From contig OZ037771.1 of the NCBI GenBank assembly GCA_964035545.1, forward strand, positions 4,993,190 through 5,057,189: a stretch of DNA of 64,000 nt. Direction: 5' to 3'. Below, piece by piece: positions 1-12,500 of this stretch; positions within the stretch are counted from its first letter, which is position 1, and each line of letters begins with the position of its first letter. The position numbers and the translations under genes were made by a program. The stretch comes from Bugula neritina. Its lineage: Eukaryota; Animalia; Bryozoa. The notes below the pieces were generated by a model. The model had not been told where the DNA came from, ran no database searches, and worked only from the letters and a program-made list of their open reading frames with translations.

Positions 1-626
1 AGATCACTTTTACCTAAATATGTAGAGGTTTGTACAAATAAGAGGTTTTGTGTATGTTGGCACAGTTATATTTTGGCTTCGCACCCATTTATTCAATATT
101 AGATATCCAGTCTTTTGTTAATTGTAATGCATACCCATACCAGCGTGCTTTTAGTCAGTTAGAAATAAACCTTAGTGAATATAACAAGCACTAACGACTT
201 ACTGCTCATATTTTAATACTTTTGCTATACTATGTATCTATGCTCTGCATATAGCTCATGCACTTAGTCTAGTGATAAGTGACTTTTTATATACTATTAC
301 TATATGTTTGCTGCAATTATTTACTCCTATTTACTATAACATTAATTGTTTTCGCAATAAATATGCTGTATTTTATAACATAATGTTTTGTGTATTTTAA
401 AGCCAAGTTTACAAATCTCTTGGCACACAAAACAAAGAAACTATTAAACAAACAAATAATTGAGACAGGGAACTTGCTACTAGCTTGTATAGTGTTGAAA
501 TTATTTTATTTTAAAGATCTTTAAGAATTTGTTTTTGAGCTCTTTGGTTGCTCACCTTACAGGAACTCCGAAATGTTTCAACATATTGCAGAGTAATTAC
601 TAGAATTAGAGTATAATTTTAACAAC

Positions 627-815
627 ATGCAAGATGGCCACATTCCTATACATCTGCTGTATGAGAAGCTTGCAGAAGGCTCCAGATTCCAAGGTCATCT
701 CAGATTAAGTTTAAAGGTCACCTGCAAAAATGACATGAATAGCCCTGGAATTGATATGCAGTCATGGGAAAACCTCCTGGTGAAGTCGTCCTCTCTCAAG
801 ATGGAAGAAGGTTGA
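627..815 (+). pseudogene. Degenerate 3' remnant of an RTE-clade LINE ORF
   Basis: MQDGHIPIHLLYEKLAEGSR...CKNDM resembles the RTE C-terminal motif MxDxRIPKxLLYGELxxGxR; no other domains nearby. Confidence 0.5.
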
Positions 816-976
816 CAACAGTGAATCTACTTCAGTATCTGTTGTGTATCTATAAAATATAATATATAAATACAGAATACATATGCTTCATTCAAAAACC
901 AGTGAGTACTTTAAGTGACAGTTCTTCATTTCTATATAATTATTTTGTAAAACAATAATAAACTAATGAAACATAT

Positions 977-1243
977 TGTTGTGCGAAGCACAATGTTTGT
1001 GTGGGCTTCTAGTGAGCAATATGCATCTAGTTACAAGCAATTCACTGTAAGACTTTATTATAAAACTGTAAAATATGGCGTAGAAATCTCTATAAGTATT
1101 AGTACAATGCTACTTTTCATCACGGCAAGTATACGCTAACTAACTAAAAATACATTGTTCTGCTTGGCTTCATCCAATAGTTGCCAATCACTCTCTGATT
1201 GGCAGGGGGGATACGCATGAGGCGTAAGCCACGCCCCATTACA
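977..1243 (-). repeat. 3' LTR of element A
   Basis: Near-identical to 8096-8376 apart from a 14-bp indel and a few substitutions. Confidence 0.95.
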
Positions 1244-1582
1244 CTGCCCCCCCAGCAGGAAGCATACCTTCTTGATATGCACCCAAAAAAAATAATAACA
1301 CTTTGTTACATATAAAAAAAAGAAACCAAAAAAAATATAAGATTCGAATGTCATGTAAGGTAGATATTTCCAAAAGAGTTTACACACTATTGAGCAGACT
1401 TATTTTGGCATAAGAAAAATATAATAATAATAAAACAGAATAATACAATCACAGGTATGGAGATCGTGCAACACCGACTAGAGACAGTCAAAGGAGGGGG
1501 GGGGAGGAACGGAGAAGGAGAGGTCGTCACCACCTGCAGGTGTGGATAGTCAGAGGAGTGAAGAGGGAGGGTACTGCTACTA

Positions 1583-2722
1583 TCAGTCGTGGTCGCCCCG
1601 TTTGAGGAGGGCCACGGAAGCTTTAAGGGTTTTCATCTCGGAGGCGGCTGCGGCAACTCTGGGGGTTAGCCGTTGAATCTCCGCTTCCAAATCGTACATA
1701 CGGAGCTCGACTTCTTTTATATTGCGAGCTGTAGGGGCCTGCCGTTTTGGGGAGGAGGATTTCCATCGTCGTTTAGAAGAGGGCTGCATAGAAGTGGGGG
1801 AAGGGGAACGTCGTTTTTGAGGTATCTCAACTCTGTGAAGTAGGACTCGAGGCAGGGTGGAGGGACGAGGTACAGTTTGTGCTGGAGGAGAGTGAGGTGG
1901 CTTGGTTGGTTTCTTCTGTCTGGGGGGTCTTAGACACGGTCCATGAGTGATGATGCGAGGTGAGGGGAATCCGTGTTTGAGTCGTTCGAAGCGGGGGAGA
2001 TCCTTAATGAAAGGTTTGATCAGATTGAGAAAGGTGGGGAAGTTGTATTTGTCTACATCGTACAAGTGTCCCACATGGCAGTCCATAGTGCGCTGATGGC
2101 TGAGGATGTAGTCCCTGTGGTAACTGTATTCACCACAGGGACAGAGAGTAGTTAGGAAGTGTTGCGGCACGTGGACACGCAAACGGCGATGGGTGGAGAA
2201 GTGCTGCTGACACAGCCTGCAGGTGGTGTATCCGTCATGGCCGCGGTGTAGTTGGATCAGTTTCTCCATCTCTGGTGCGACCCAGCTATGTTGTTTGAGT
2301 AGCACGTCTGGTAGGGATGTAGGAGGTGTCTCACCGTTCTAGGCCAGTTCTAATGGTGGCATATCTCCGTAGTCAGGGCGTCTATAAGAGCAGAATTATT
2401 GTTAGATCGAGTTTGATCTTTACAGCATAATTCTGATGACAATCGACTGTTACTAGTCTGAGAGTCATGCATCTTTTTATACGGCACTCGAGAGACTGTG
2501 TCAGAACGTGTAAACTGACTGAGAGACATAGTATCAAGCTCCAGATCTAATAGATCGTCCGCCATTACTATGTTCTCGTCGTCATTCACGTGTGACTCTG
2601 TCTCCAGTAACTGTGATTCAATCAGATCGATTAAATCAGAGTTGACTGAGGTGAGATCTATTTCAATTAGTGGAGTGTTAGATCTAAGCAAGCTTACCTG
2701 AGAACTCGGTATTTATACTCAT
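1583..2722 (-). pseudogene. ORF3 of element A: spliced zinc-finger/coiled-coil accessory gene, frameshift and stop near 2340-2375
   Basis: Micro-exon 2722-2698 then GTAAG; acceptors end at 2646 and 2382; CRLC...H...H and CPC...H...CH motifs; C-terminal heptad repeat; homologous to copies in B and C. Confidence 0.8.
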
Positions 2723-2899
2723 ACTCGACGTTCAAGCTTGGATGCAGATGGATTAGAAAGCACGTCTACTCTTGACCGCGTCGGCGTAGGAAAAGGCTGG
2801 GCAGCGTGTTTGTTGTGCGAGACCGGAAATGTGTGCCCGAAGAGTGGTAATTCCACTCGCTATTCCGTTTTCGCAAAACTTGGTTTTTCCGTGGTGTTC

Positions 2900-5800
2900 C
2901 TAACTCCCACGCTTTGCTGCCAGTCTTTCCGTACGGCGCCCAGCTGGACTTTCATGCCTGCCGCTTGTAATGCGGTCACATATGAAGTCTTGAAGATAAG
3001 CTGGGGGTCTTCTAGTACGTTGTCCCCTTTCAAGGAGGGGAGATGTACTAGTGGTAGACGTCGGGGAAGGTGGTGTAGCTGGTGAGGGAGATGGTGTACT
3101 CACCAGTGGGTTGTTATTTTCCACTGGTGGTGTTTCCTGCCTCCCGTCAGCTGTTATTCTTTCTTCCCCTCTGTTCTCTCCGGACGGAGCCCCTCCCGTG
3201 TGGGGGTTTTGCACTTCCGGAAGTACTCCTAATTCCGGAAGTGGTGGTGGCAGCCCTGGGGTCGGACGGCTTGGCTCTGGAGGCAAATGGTGTGGCCCCG
3301 TTGGGGGAGGTGGCCTCTCTTGCCTTGCCAAGTCTTCAGTCCGTGGCATGACCCACTCATCATTGGGTGTATGCCGCCGCCGCCCGCGCATTGCTGTCTG
3401 CCTCCTGGGCTCTAACAATGGGGGGGGGGCACCCCCGGCCGCACCTGGGCTAGCCCAATAGGGTTTCAAGCGGGCTTCATTCTGGACAGATATTTGTTCA
3501 GACCGCTCCAACTTGTAAGTGTGATTGGGCATCACCTCAACTACCACGTAGGGTCCTACAAACTTAGGCTGTAGTTTAGCTGCCTGTCCCCGATGCCTAC
3601 GGTAGTTGATCATCCAGACCCAGTCTCCGGTCTGGTAGAGGGGTGGTTCATCAGCGTCTTCCTGTCGCACCTGCCACTGCTTATCTCGCAGTATTTCGTG
3701 TGCGACTCTCAGACGCTCTATCACCTCCCCATCGTACTCGTGTACAGAGTATTCTGGTTCTGGAATGTGATAGGCGAGGTGGTCGGGCACTCGAGTCTCA
3801 CGACCGAAGGTTAAGAGGTTGGGGGTCTCGCCGGTGCTGGTATGGGGCGTACTGCGATAGGCCCTCATAACCTGTGGCAACACGAGATCCCATTCCTCTT
3901 GGCCTCGGCCGAGTAATAGACTGCGGAGTGCGTCGCCCAGCATCCGGTTGTTGCGTTCGACCACCCCGTTACCTTGAGGGTGGTATGGAGTGGTCCTACT
4001 TTGGTTTACTCCCCAGAGGCGACAGAGGTCGCTCATCAGTTGAGACTGGAATTGCGACCCCTGGTCCGAGTGTAGTTGCTCGGGCAACCCAAAGTAGCAG
4101 AATACACGCTGGTCTAGTGTGCTGGCCACTGTCGGGGCAGACGCGTCTGGAAGAGCCAGTGCGTCTGCCCACCTAGTGAAGTGGTCGGTCAACACTAGAA
4201 TCCAGCTGTTTCCTCTGGGGGTGAGGGGCATGGGTCCGACCAAGTCAACAGCTACCACCTGCCAGGGCCTGCCAGCATAGAGCCTACGCCGTCCCGCCTC
4301 CCTAGGGAGACGGCCATGCTTGCTGGCCTGGCAGATTTCGCATTGTTTGATCCTTAGTCGGACGTCACGCTCCATTTGGGGCCAATACCACCGGAGCCTT
4401 AGCTTGGTAAGCACCCTCCGAATTCCGGCGTGAGCCTGTCGGTGAGTGTCCCATACTAGCTCCCGGCGCATGGCGGTTGGGCAGATCACCCTTTCTCGAC
4501 CAGGGTGTCCCTGGTCGGCGGCCAAGGTGATGGTCAGCAGACCATCTGGCCCGATCCGCAGGGAGTCCCAGCGTTGGCAGTACGGCCGTAACTCGGCGCA
4601 CCCCTGCCGCAGCTGTTCTTCGCTGGGTCGTCGCCCTTCCCGTTTAGCTTGATATACGTCGACTACCACCCCAGGGAGGTCCTCCTGGAGTTTCTGCAGC
4701 TCTCTGACATTACGAGCTAAGACAGGATTGGCGCGGAGGTTGTTGACAGCCTCCGGTGGGTTAGGACTCCTTGGCTTGAGTTGACCTTGGTCCCAGTCGT
4801 AGCTCACTCCAGGGTGGTCCAGTGTCACCAACTCGGATCTTGGGGGACCCCCGTCCCTTCTCTCGATGTTGTGACACTGTTTGCACCCCTCGTCCGGCCG
4901 CCGACTCAGTCCGTCCGCATTGCCGTGTTTCCTACCGGGTCGATGTTCGATCCGGTATGAAAATTCGGCTAGGACTTCGAGCCATCGGGCGACTTGACTG
5001 GACGGTTCAGCCCTCTTACACAGCCAGATCAAGGAGGCGTGGTCCGCCCGCAAGCGGAACGGCCTACCGTAGAGATAAGGCCGGAAGTGTTTCACTGACT
5101 TGATTACTGCCAACAACTCCTTGTGAGTGGTGCAGTAATTGCGCTCTAGAGGTGAGAGTGATTTGCTGTAGTAAGCTACGACTCCTTCACGGCCCTCTTG
5201 CACTTGCGACAGCACAGCACCAACATTCTGGTCACTGGCGTCTGTGTCAAGGATATACTCCAGAGCGGGGTCTGGGTAGGCCAAAATTGGAGCCTCTAGC
5301 AAGCGGCTCCTGAGACTGTCGAATGCCCTCTGTTCGACTGGTGTCCACTGCCAGGCCACCCCCTTTGCGGTGAGCCGATTTAACCGCTGTGCAACTCCCG
5401 CAAAGTCTGGTATGTATTGTCTGTAATACCCTACCAGCCCCAGGAAAGCCTGGAGTCCGGTCAAATCCTGGGGAGTGACCCAGTCGGCCACAGCCCGCAC
5501 CTTATCGGGGTCCGTCGCCACGCCATTACGGCCGACTACGTGCCCCAGGTACTTCACCTTCAGCTGCAAGAGAGCGCATTTGAAAGGTTTAAGCTTGAGA
5601 CCGGCACCTCGGAGTCGTTCGAAGACCTCCCTCAGACGACTGACGTGGGTCGCGAAGTCTGGGGAGATCACGATGACGTTGTCGAGGTAGACGAGCAGCG
5701 TCTTCCAGTGGAGGCCGCTGAGGACTTGTTCCATGAGCCACTGGAAGGTGGCAGGAGCAGAGGTTAACCCGAAGGGCAGTACCTTCCACTTCCACAGCCC

Positions 5801-8043
5801 GTCCCTGGTGATGAACGCCGCTTTTTCCTGGGCGTCGGGACTGAGGGGGACTTGCCAGTAACCGCTCAGCAAGTCTAAAGTACTGAAGTACTTGCTGCCG
5901 GCTAAGGCGTCCAGGGATTCATCGATCCGAGGTAGAGGGTAGGCGTCCTGTATGGTTACGCTGTTAAGTTTGCGGTAATCCACACAGAACTGCCAACTGC
6001 CGTCTTTCTTCCGGACCAGGACGACCGGCGAGCTCCACGCACTATGTGCAGGCTCTACGATGCCGCGGTCTAGAAGATCTCGGACTTGTCGGCTGACTTC
6101 CTTCTCCTTCTCTGGTCCCAGTCTCCGGGTAGGTTGGCGGATAGGCAAAGTCCCGGCAGCTAGCGGTATCTCGTGACGGACGGCTTTGGTTCAGCCCATG
6201 TCCTGGTCTCCGCTGCTGAACACGTCCCCATACTGGCGCAGCAACTGGGCCATAGCCTGGCGCTCCTTGTTGCCCTCACAGCCTCCACAGGCTGACTGGT
6301 ATAGTTCCTGGACGTGTTCCGGGACGGTCCCCCGCCGCACAGACGGGCGCTCTTGGGGACCCTCCGTCGCTTCGCCCAGCGAAGGTCCTATGTCTCCCTC
6401 TTGGACCGTGTGGAAACGGCCCAATAGGGATCCAGACGGTAGTGTCACTGACTCTGAAAAGGGGTTGACGCACTGCACCAAGATCTCCCCCCGGTCAGTC
6501 AGCCGATTTAAGCTGCTGGCGAGTTGGATTCTCTGGTGCGTTCCTTCGACAACCCCTAATCCAGAGAACTGGCGGTCATTCACTCTGCAGTGAATGGTCG
6601 CCCGGGAGCGGCCGGGTACCGTACAGTTACGGACCACCTGCACGCCCCCGACCAGGGAGCGACCGAACTTGTCGACACAAGAGAGCTCCCGGCCTGCCAT
6701 TAGTATGGCGGACTTATGGAAGTCCATGTGGCACTGGTGTCGTTTCAAGAACGGCGTCCCCAGGATAGCATCCTCTTCCAGCTGGCTGAGGATAAATGTT
6801 TCTTGAATGGTCTGGTCGCGGACGCGACTAGGCAGCTCTACAACACCGTAGAAAGGGATACACGACCCGTCTGCGAGGGTGCCAGGTTCCCCGGTGTAGG
6901 GAGATAACCCTTTCCTCACCTGAGCAGGGAGGGCATCGAAGACTCGTCGGCTGAGGAGATTCGTGTTGCAACCGGAGTCCAGCAAGAACGTAACGCCCTT
7001 GCCGGCTACCTTCCCGGGCAGGAAGTAGCTTTCCCCATGTGGCTGCAACCTTCCCCAGCATGCGTAGCCTCGGTCAAACGGCGTGGTGTCCGTTTGGTGG
7101 TAGGCGGGCGCCGCTTCTTCGGCGGGGGGGTGTTTAGTTCCCTTCCGATGTCCCGAGGGACCTCGCCGGCCAGCTCCGTCTCCGGTAGCTGGCTAAAGCG
7201 GTTGGTGAGTGGTAGCACAAATGGCTCCTGTCGCCCAGTAGGGCGGGTGGTCCGTCGTGGTTTCTGCCATACCTGGGGTTGTTCTCTCTTCCTGGGTGGG
7301 AGGTCTCTGGGGCAAGGAGGCCCTGGCTGGTTGTTGCTCTCACTCCGGGTAGTCTTTCTCTTTTGTCCTTGGTTAGGGGGCCCGGCATTGGTAAGAGTCT
7401 TTGCCATCTGTTTCAGCCTGGTACTCAGCTGGCCCATCTTCCCTCCGAGTGATTGGGCTATCTCCGCGGTGACTTGTGTGCTTTCTGGTTTCCCTGTATA
7501 TAACCGTTCTGCCCGGAGGTAGTCTTCTCCGACTTGCAGGGCACTTTCTAGAGTGGTCACTCCCTTTGCCTGTAGTTGATGGCAAAGGCCCACATCTTTT
7601 AGGGATTGCATAAAGTCAATGAGAGTAAAGTTCCGTCTGTGTGCTTCTGGCAGGTCACTGTACGCGCTCCGCGCCAGCCTCTTCACTAAGGCAACGTGGT
7701 CGCGGAGCGGAGTGCCTTCCGCCTGGCGTAACACTTGTAGACGGGCTCTGGCTTCCAGAGCGGGGGTACCAAAACGGCTCCGTAGTGTAGTGAATATTTC
7801 CGCCACGCTCCGTCCTTGTCCAAACGGTCTAGCGCGCTCCGTCAATACTTCCCGCAGCTTGACGAGGGCTACTTGTGGCGGCCATTGAGCGACATTTGCT
7901 ACATCGTGGAATTCTTCAATGAATTGCTCTACGTCTTCTACACCCGTGAAGGTGGGAGCGGTCAGTTTACTTCTATACACCTCCTCCATATGCAAGAAAC
8001 TGGCTGGCTTACCTCCTGGGTGCTTCGTTGTGTGCTCTGTCAT
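2900..8043 (-). pseudogene. gag-pol of element A (gag 7006-8043, protease 6191-7048, RT/RNaseH/integrase 2900-6148), frameshifted
   Basis: LLDSG protease; YLDN (mutated YLDD); DTDAS RNase H; HHCC; VDLVGP, SDQG and VERNNR integrase motifs; GPY motif. Confidence 0.95.
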
Positions 8044-8076
8044 ATTCTCCGTCTCTTCATTGTCTCAGCTAGAAAG

Positions 8077-8094
8077 ATCCCACCGCTGCCACCA
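8077..8094 (-). promoter_or_regulatory. Primer-binding site, tRNA-Leu type (element A)
   Basis: TGGTGGCAGCGGTGGGAT is complementary to the tRNA-Leu 3' end (...ATCCCACCGCTGCCACCA); identical in C (25482-25499), two mismatches in B (9528-9545). Confidence 0.88.
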
Positions 8095-8095
8095 C

Positions 8096-8376
8096 TGTTG
8101 TGCGAAGCACAATGTTTGTGTGGGCTTCTAGTGAGCAATATGCACCTAGTTGCAAGCAATTCACTAATATTTTTCGTGTGTAAGACTTTATTATAAAACT
8201 GTAAAATATGGCGTAGAAATCTCTATAAGTATTAGTACAATGTTACTTTTCATCACGGCAAGTATACGCTAACTAACTAAAAATACATTGTTCTGCTTGG
8301 CTTCATCCAATAGTTGCCAATCACTCTCTGATTGGCAGGAGGGATACGCATGAGGCGTAAGCCACGCCCCATTACA
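8096..8376 (-). repeat. 5' LTR of element A
   Basis: Direct repeat of 977-1243, adjacent to the PBS. Confidence 0.95.
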
Positions 8377-9590
8377 ATATATAATAATAAGGTAAAGGTT
8401 TTTCAACAACTATCAACTGCATCCACTTGTTACACTGTGCATTGTTGAGACAGTATATATATTTGTATAAAATAATTGAGTCACTACTAATCCTCAATAT
8501 TCAAGAGCAAACAAAATGTAGCAACTGGCTGCAGTTCCATATTAGATATTATGGATGCAGGAAACAAATATGTCAAGAGAACATGTATATAATTATATAG
8601 ACTTGGGTTCTAGAAAATTCCAACAAACTCATATATATACTAAACTAAACTCCTATATACTAAGCTACAGCTGCAAGTAAAATCTGCATACAATGACTAG
8701 AACAGATGAAAGTAACTTACAATGAGACATGCACACTGTTCTACTAAATATTTAATTAAATGTAAGAGTAGATAACTTCAGCATATACCAGAGATCAGTG
8801 TCCTGAGTTGTATATAACACCTCCATAGTGTGTAAGATACATGAATGCCTGTATTGACTAGTAAGATGTGCATAAATTGTGAATTCTTTGGGTAAAATTT
8901 AGTAAAGTACAGCTGTACTTGGCTATGCAGTTGCAGCTTAGAGCTAGTAATTAAAATGTACCCTTAATAAAAATATTTCAATAACATCTACATTATACCA
9001 AAAATATATTTATTGAATGAACGATTATTATACTATACATTTACAAAATAGAAATATTTTTTGTGATATTCAAAGGAGTAAGTGATATCCATAATTAAAG
9101 TTGTGAAAATGTGATAGTCAACCTTACACAGCGATTGACTGTGTGCTAGTCGATTGTATTATTATAGCTACAATCATCTCATATAATGAAATATTGTACT
9201 GGCTAATAAAGCGTTCTGATCGTACACGTGCATAATAGCCAATAATGTTGAAGCACGTGACTACCCCCTGTGGAGCAGAATGCTTCCGGAGGATGATATA
9301 GTTAGTTATAGTTAGGAGTAGTGCGTTGATCGAGATAGTAGATTAAAATAGACTGTAAACGCATTGTGAACGTTGGATGTATCTTTCTGTTTTATTTGTA
9401 TATATATAATTAAATATAGTTCTTTTATCACGTTATCTTCTGAGTAATCCTTGGAACCATCGACCAAACAAGAGCATATTGCACACACAGAATCCACCCT
9501 AACTATTATAATTGACACTTATAACAGTGGAGGCAGCGGTGAGATTCTACTCTGTGCAAATGCAAACTTGATCGACGTTGACAAACCAGA

Positions 9591-12500
9591 ATGGCGAGGG
9601 AACCAGCTCAACATAGAGAAGGTGAGCCTGATATTGCTGTAGCCCCAGAGGGCCCCTTGTTACAAGGGGAGGAGGCCTACAGGTATCACCTGAAAGCCCC
9701 TACCTTTACTGGCTTGGAAGATGTAGAGCAGTTTATCCAGGAGTTCAGTGAGGTGATAGACATCACTCAGTGGCCACCTAGGGTGGCCCTGATCCAGCTA
9801 CAGATGGCGCTAACGAAATAAGCTAAACCGTACGGGCTGGGAACCAGCGTGGATGGAATCTTCGCTGCATTGCGGGCCCGTTTTGGCATTTTCGTTGTAG
9901 ATGCCAGGGCCTGTCTACAGGGGCTGTGTCGCGAACCGCTGATGCCCCTACAGGAACATGCAGCTACGGTGAAAAGACTGGCGCAGATCGCATACAGCGA
10001 CTTACCAGCGAGACACCAAGAGCGTCACACCTATTATGCCTTCGTGCAGTCACTCAATGACCTGGGTCTCCACCATCAGCTTCAAGCAAGAGGAGTGACC
10101 ATGGTGGAAGACGCTTTGCACAAAGGCGAGGCCTACCTATTAGCAAAACAGCTACACAAAGGCTACAGGAGTTCTCAACAGATCACTGTAAACTCCACGG
10201 AAAGACATGGAGAGCCGCTATCACCTACTCGAGTAGCAACTACCTCTGCCAACTCTCCTTTTGGATGCGACAGTCAACCGCATGACAGAAATGCTGGAGA
10301 AGCTGGTGGCGGTCCTCACCCGTTCTGACGCAGCGGGGCCCGTCCAAAAACTCGTGCGGTTGCTGACGAGACCCCCATGGCCGCCAGCCTCATGTTAGGG
10401 GTGTGGCGGTCAAGGACATATCCGCACAGAATGCGGCCAGAACAGGCAAGGTTAAACTTCCACGGTCTGCAGACGTCTTCGCCTCCCGCAGGCCGAACAT
10501 GAAGGACTCCAAGATGAGAAACCGCCGGCCGTCTGTACAGACGTGACAGTACGCCCCTCATGAGTGACAGGTACCATGTAGGACCAGTCGACCGGAAAAG
10601 CGACCGGGTACCTTTACGTTGCCACTCGCCAACCCCTTCCATCGGCTACCAAAATACGAGCCGACTAGCAACATCAACCTGGAAGTTTAGGAGAGAAACC
10701 TCACCCCTCGAAAGCGAAGACCTCGCCACAGGAAACTCCGTAAACTATGGGCCTGCTCCAAAAAGCCCTATCTTGGCAAAGCCAAACACGCGGAGGAAGT
10801 GAGGGTACAACCACATGGAGATAGCTATTTCTTATCGGGTAAAGTGACTGGCAGAGCTGTCACTTTCCTGCTAGACTCCGGGTGTACCACGAACCTCCTC
10901 GGCCGTCGAGTCTTCGAGGCTCTTCTTCCCCAGGACCAGGGCAAGATACAACCGTACACCGGGGAGCATGGCACCCTAGGGGATGGGTCATGTATTCCCT
11001 TCTACGGTATTGTAGAGCTAACGGGGCATGTCCAAGACCAAGTTATACAGGAGACGTTCGTCATCAGTCAGCTTGAAGAGGATGCCATCCTCGGCATGCC
11101 GTTCTTGAAACGACACGGGTGTCGCATCGATTTCAGTAAATCTGCGGTGCTGATGGCCGGGCGGGAGCTCACTTGTGTCGATAAGTCCGGCTGCCCTCTA
11201 GTGGGAGGCGTGCAGGTAGTACGGAACTGTACGATACCGCGCCGCTCCCGGGCTACTATTCACTGTAGAATGAACAATAGCCAAATCTCCGGACTGGGGG
11301 TGGTAGAAGGTGCGCACGATAAAATCCAGCTCGCCAGCAGTCTAAATCAGCTGACTGCGCAAGGAGAGATCTTAGTGCAGTGCGTCAACCACTTCACGGA
11401 GTCGGTAAAGCTACCGGAGGGGTCTATGCTGGGCCGGTTCTACTCCGTCCAGGAAGAGGACGTGAGACCGTCGTTGGGAGATGCGACGGAATGTCCCTGG
11501 CAGCGCCCGCCTAAAGGGCGGGGGACTGTCCCTCCCCACATCAAGAAGTTGTATGAGACAGCCTGTGACGGCTGCGCGGGCAATGAGGAACGCCAGGCTA
11601 TGGCGAAGTCTCTACGCAAATATAGCAATGTATTCACCAGCGGAAACCATGACGTGGGACTGACACGAGCTGTCCGGCATGAGATACCGCTGGCTGCAGG
11701 GACAGTCCCTATTCGGCAACCCACGCGCAGGTTGGGGCCGGAGAAGGAGAAAGCGGTCAGCCGACAAGTCCGAGATCTTCTGGACCGCGGCCTCATAGAG
11801 CCAGCCTATAGCGCATGGAGCTCGCAGGTCGTTTTGGTCCGGAAGAAAGACGGAAGTTGGCGGTTCTGTGTCGATTACTGCAAACTCAATAGCGTGACCA
11901 TACAGGACGCCTACCCTCTACCCCGTATTGATGAATCCTTGAATGCCCTAGTCGGCAGCAAGTACTTCAGTACGCTAGACTTGTTGAGCAAGTACTGGCA
12001 GGTTCCGACGCCCAGGAAAAGGCGGCGTTCATCACACGGGACCGACTGTGGAAGTGGAAGGTGCTGCCGTTTGGGCTAACCTCCACCCCTGCCACTTTCC
12101 AAAGGCTGATGGAACAAGTCCTTAGTGGACTTCACTGGAAGACACTGCTGATCTATCTCAATGACGTCATCGTGATCTCCACAGACTTCAAGACGCACGT
12201 CAGTCGTTTGAGGGAGGTTTTCGGAAAACTCAGAGGTGCCGATCTGAAGCTAAAACCTTCCGAGTGCGCTCTGTTGTAGCTGGAGGTTAAGTACCTGGAG
12301 CACGTCGTCGGTCGAAACGGCGTGGCGACGATTTACCAAAAGGTGGGGGCGATAGAAGACTGGGTCAGTCCCCAGGATCTGACCGGACTCCAGGCATACC
12401 TGGGTCTGGTAGGGTATTACCGGCAATACATACCAGACTTTGCGAAAACAGCACAGCCGCTAAACCGGCTCACCGCAAAGGGGGTGGCGTGGTAGTAGTC

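Larger units (their letters stand above)
977..8376 (-). mobile_element. Gypsy/Ty3 LTR retrotransposon A, full length
   Basis: TG...CA LTRs 977-1243 and 8096-8376; TSD ATAT (973-976, 8377-8380); PBS 8077-8094; G-rich PPT-like tract about 1244-1260; order gag-PR-RT-RH-IN. Confidence 0.97.

Noticed and set aside
7040-7065. Programmed gag/pol frameshift in element A
   Set aside because: Sister element C is in frame across this G-rich site, so an indel is more likely
3051-8196. Many antisense and alternate-frame ORFs over the Gypsy pol regions
   Set aside because: Expected shadows of GC-rich coding sequence, with boundaries not conserved among A, B and C
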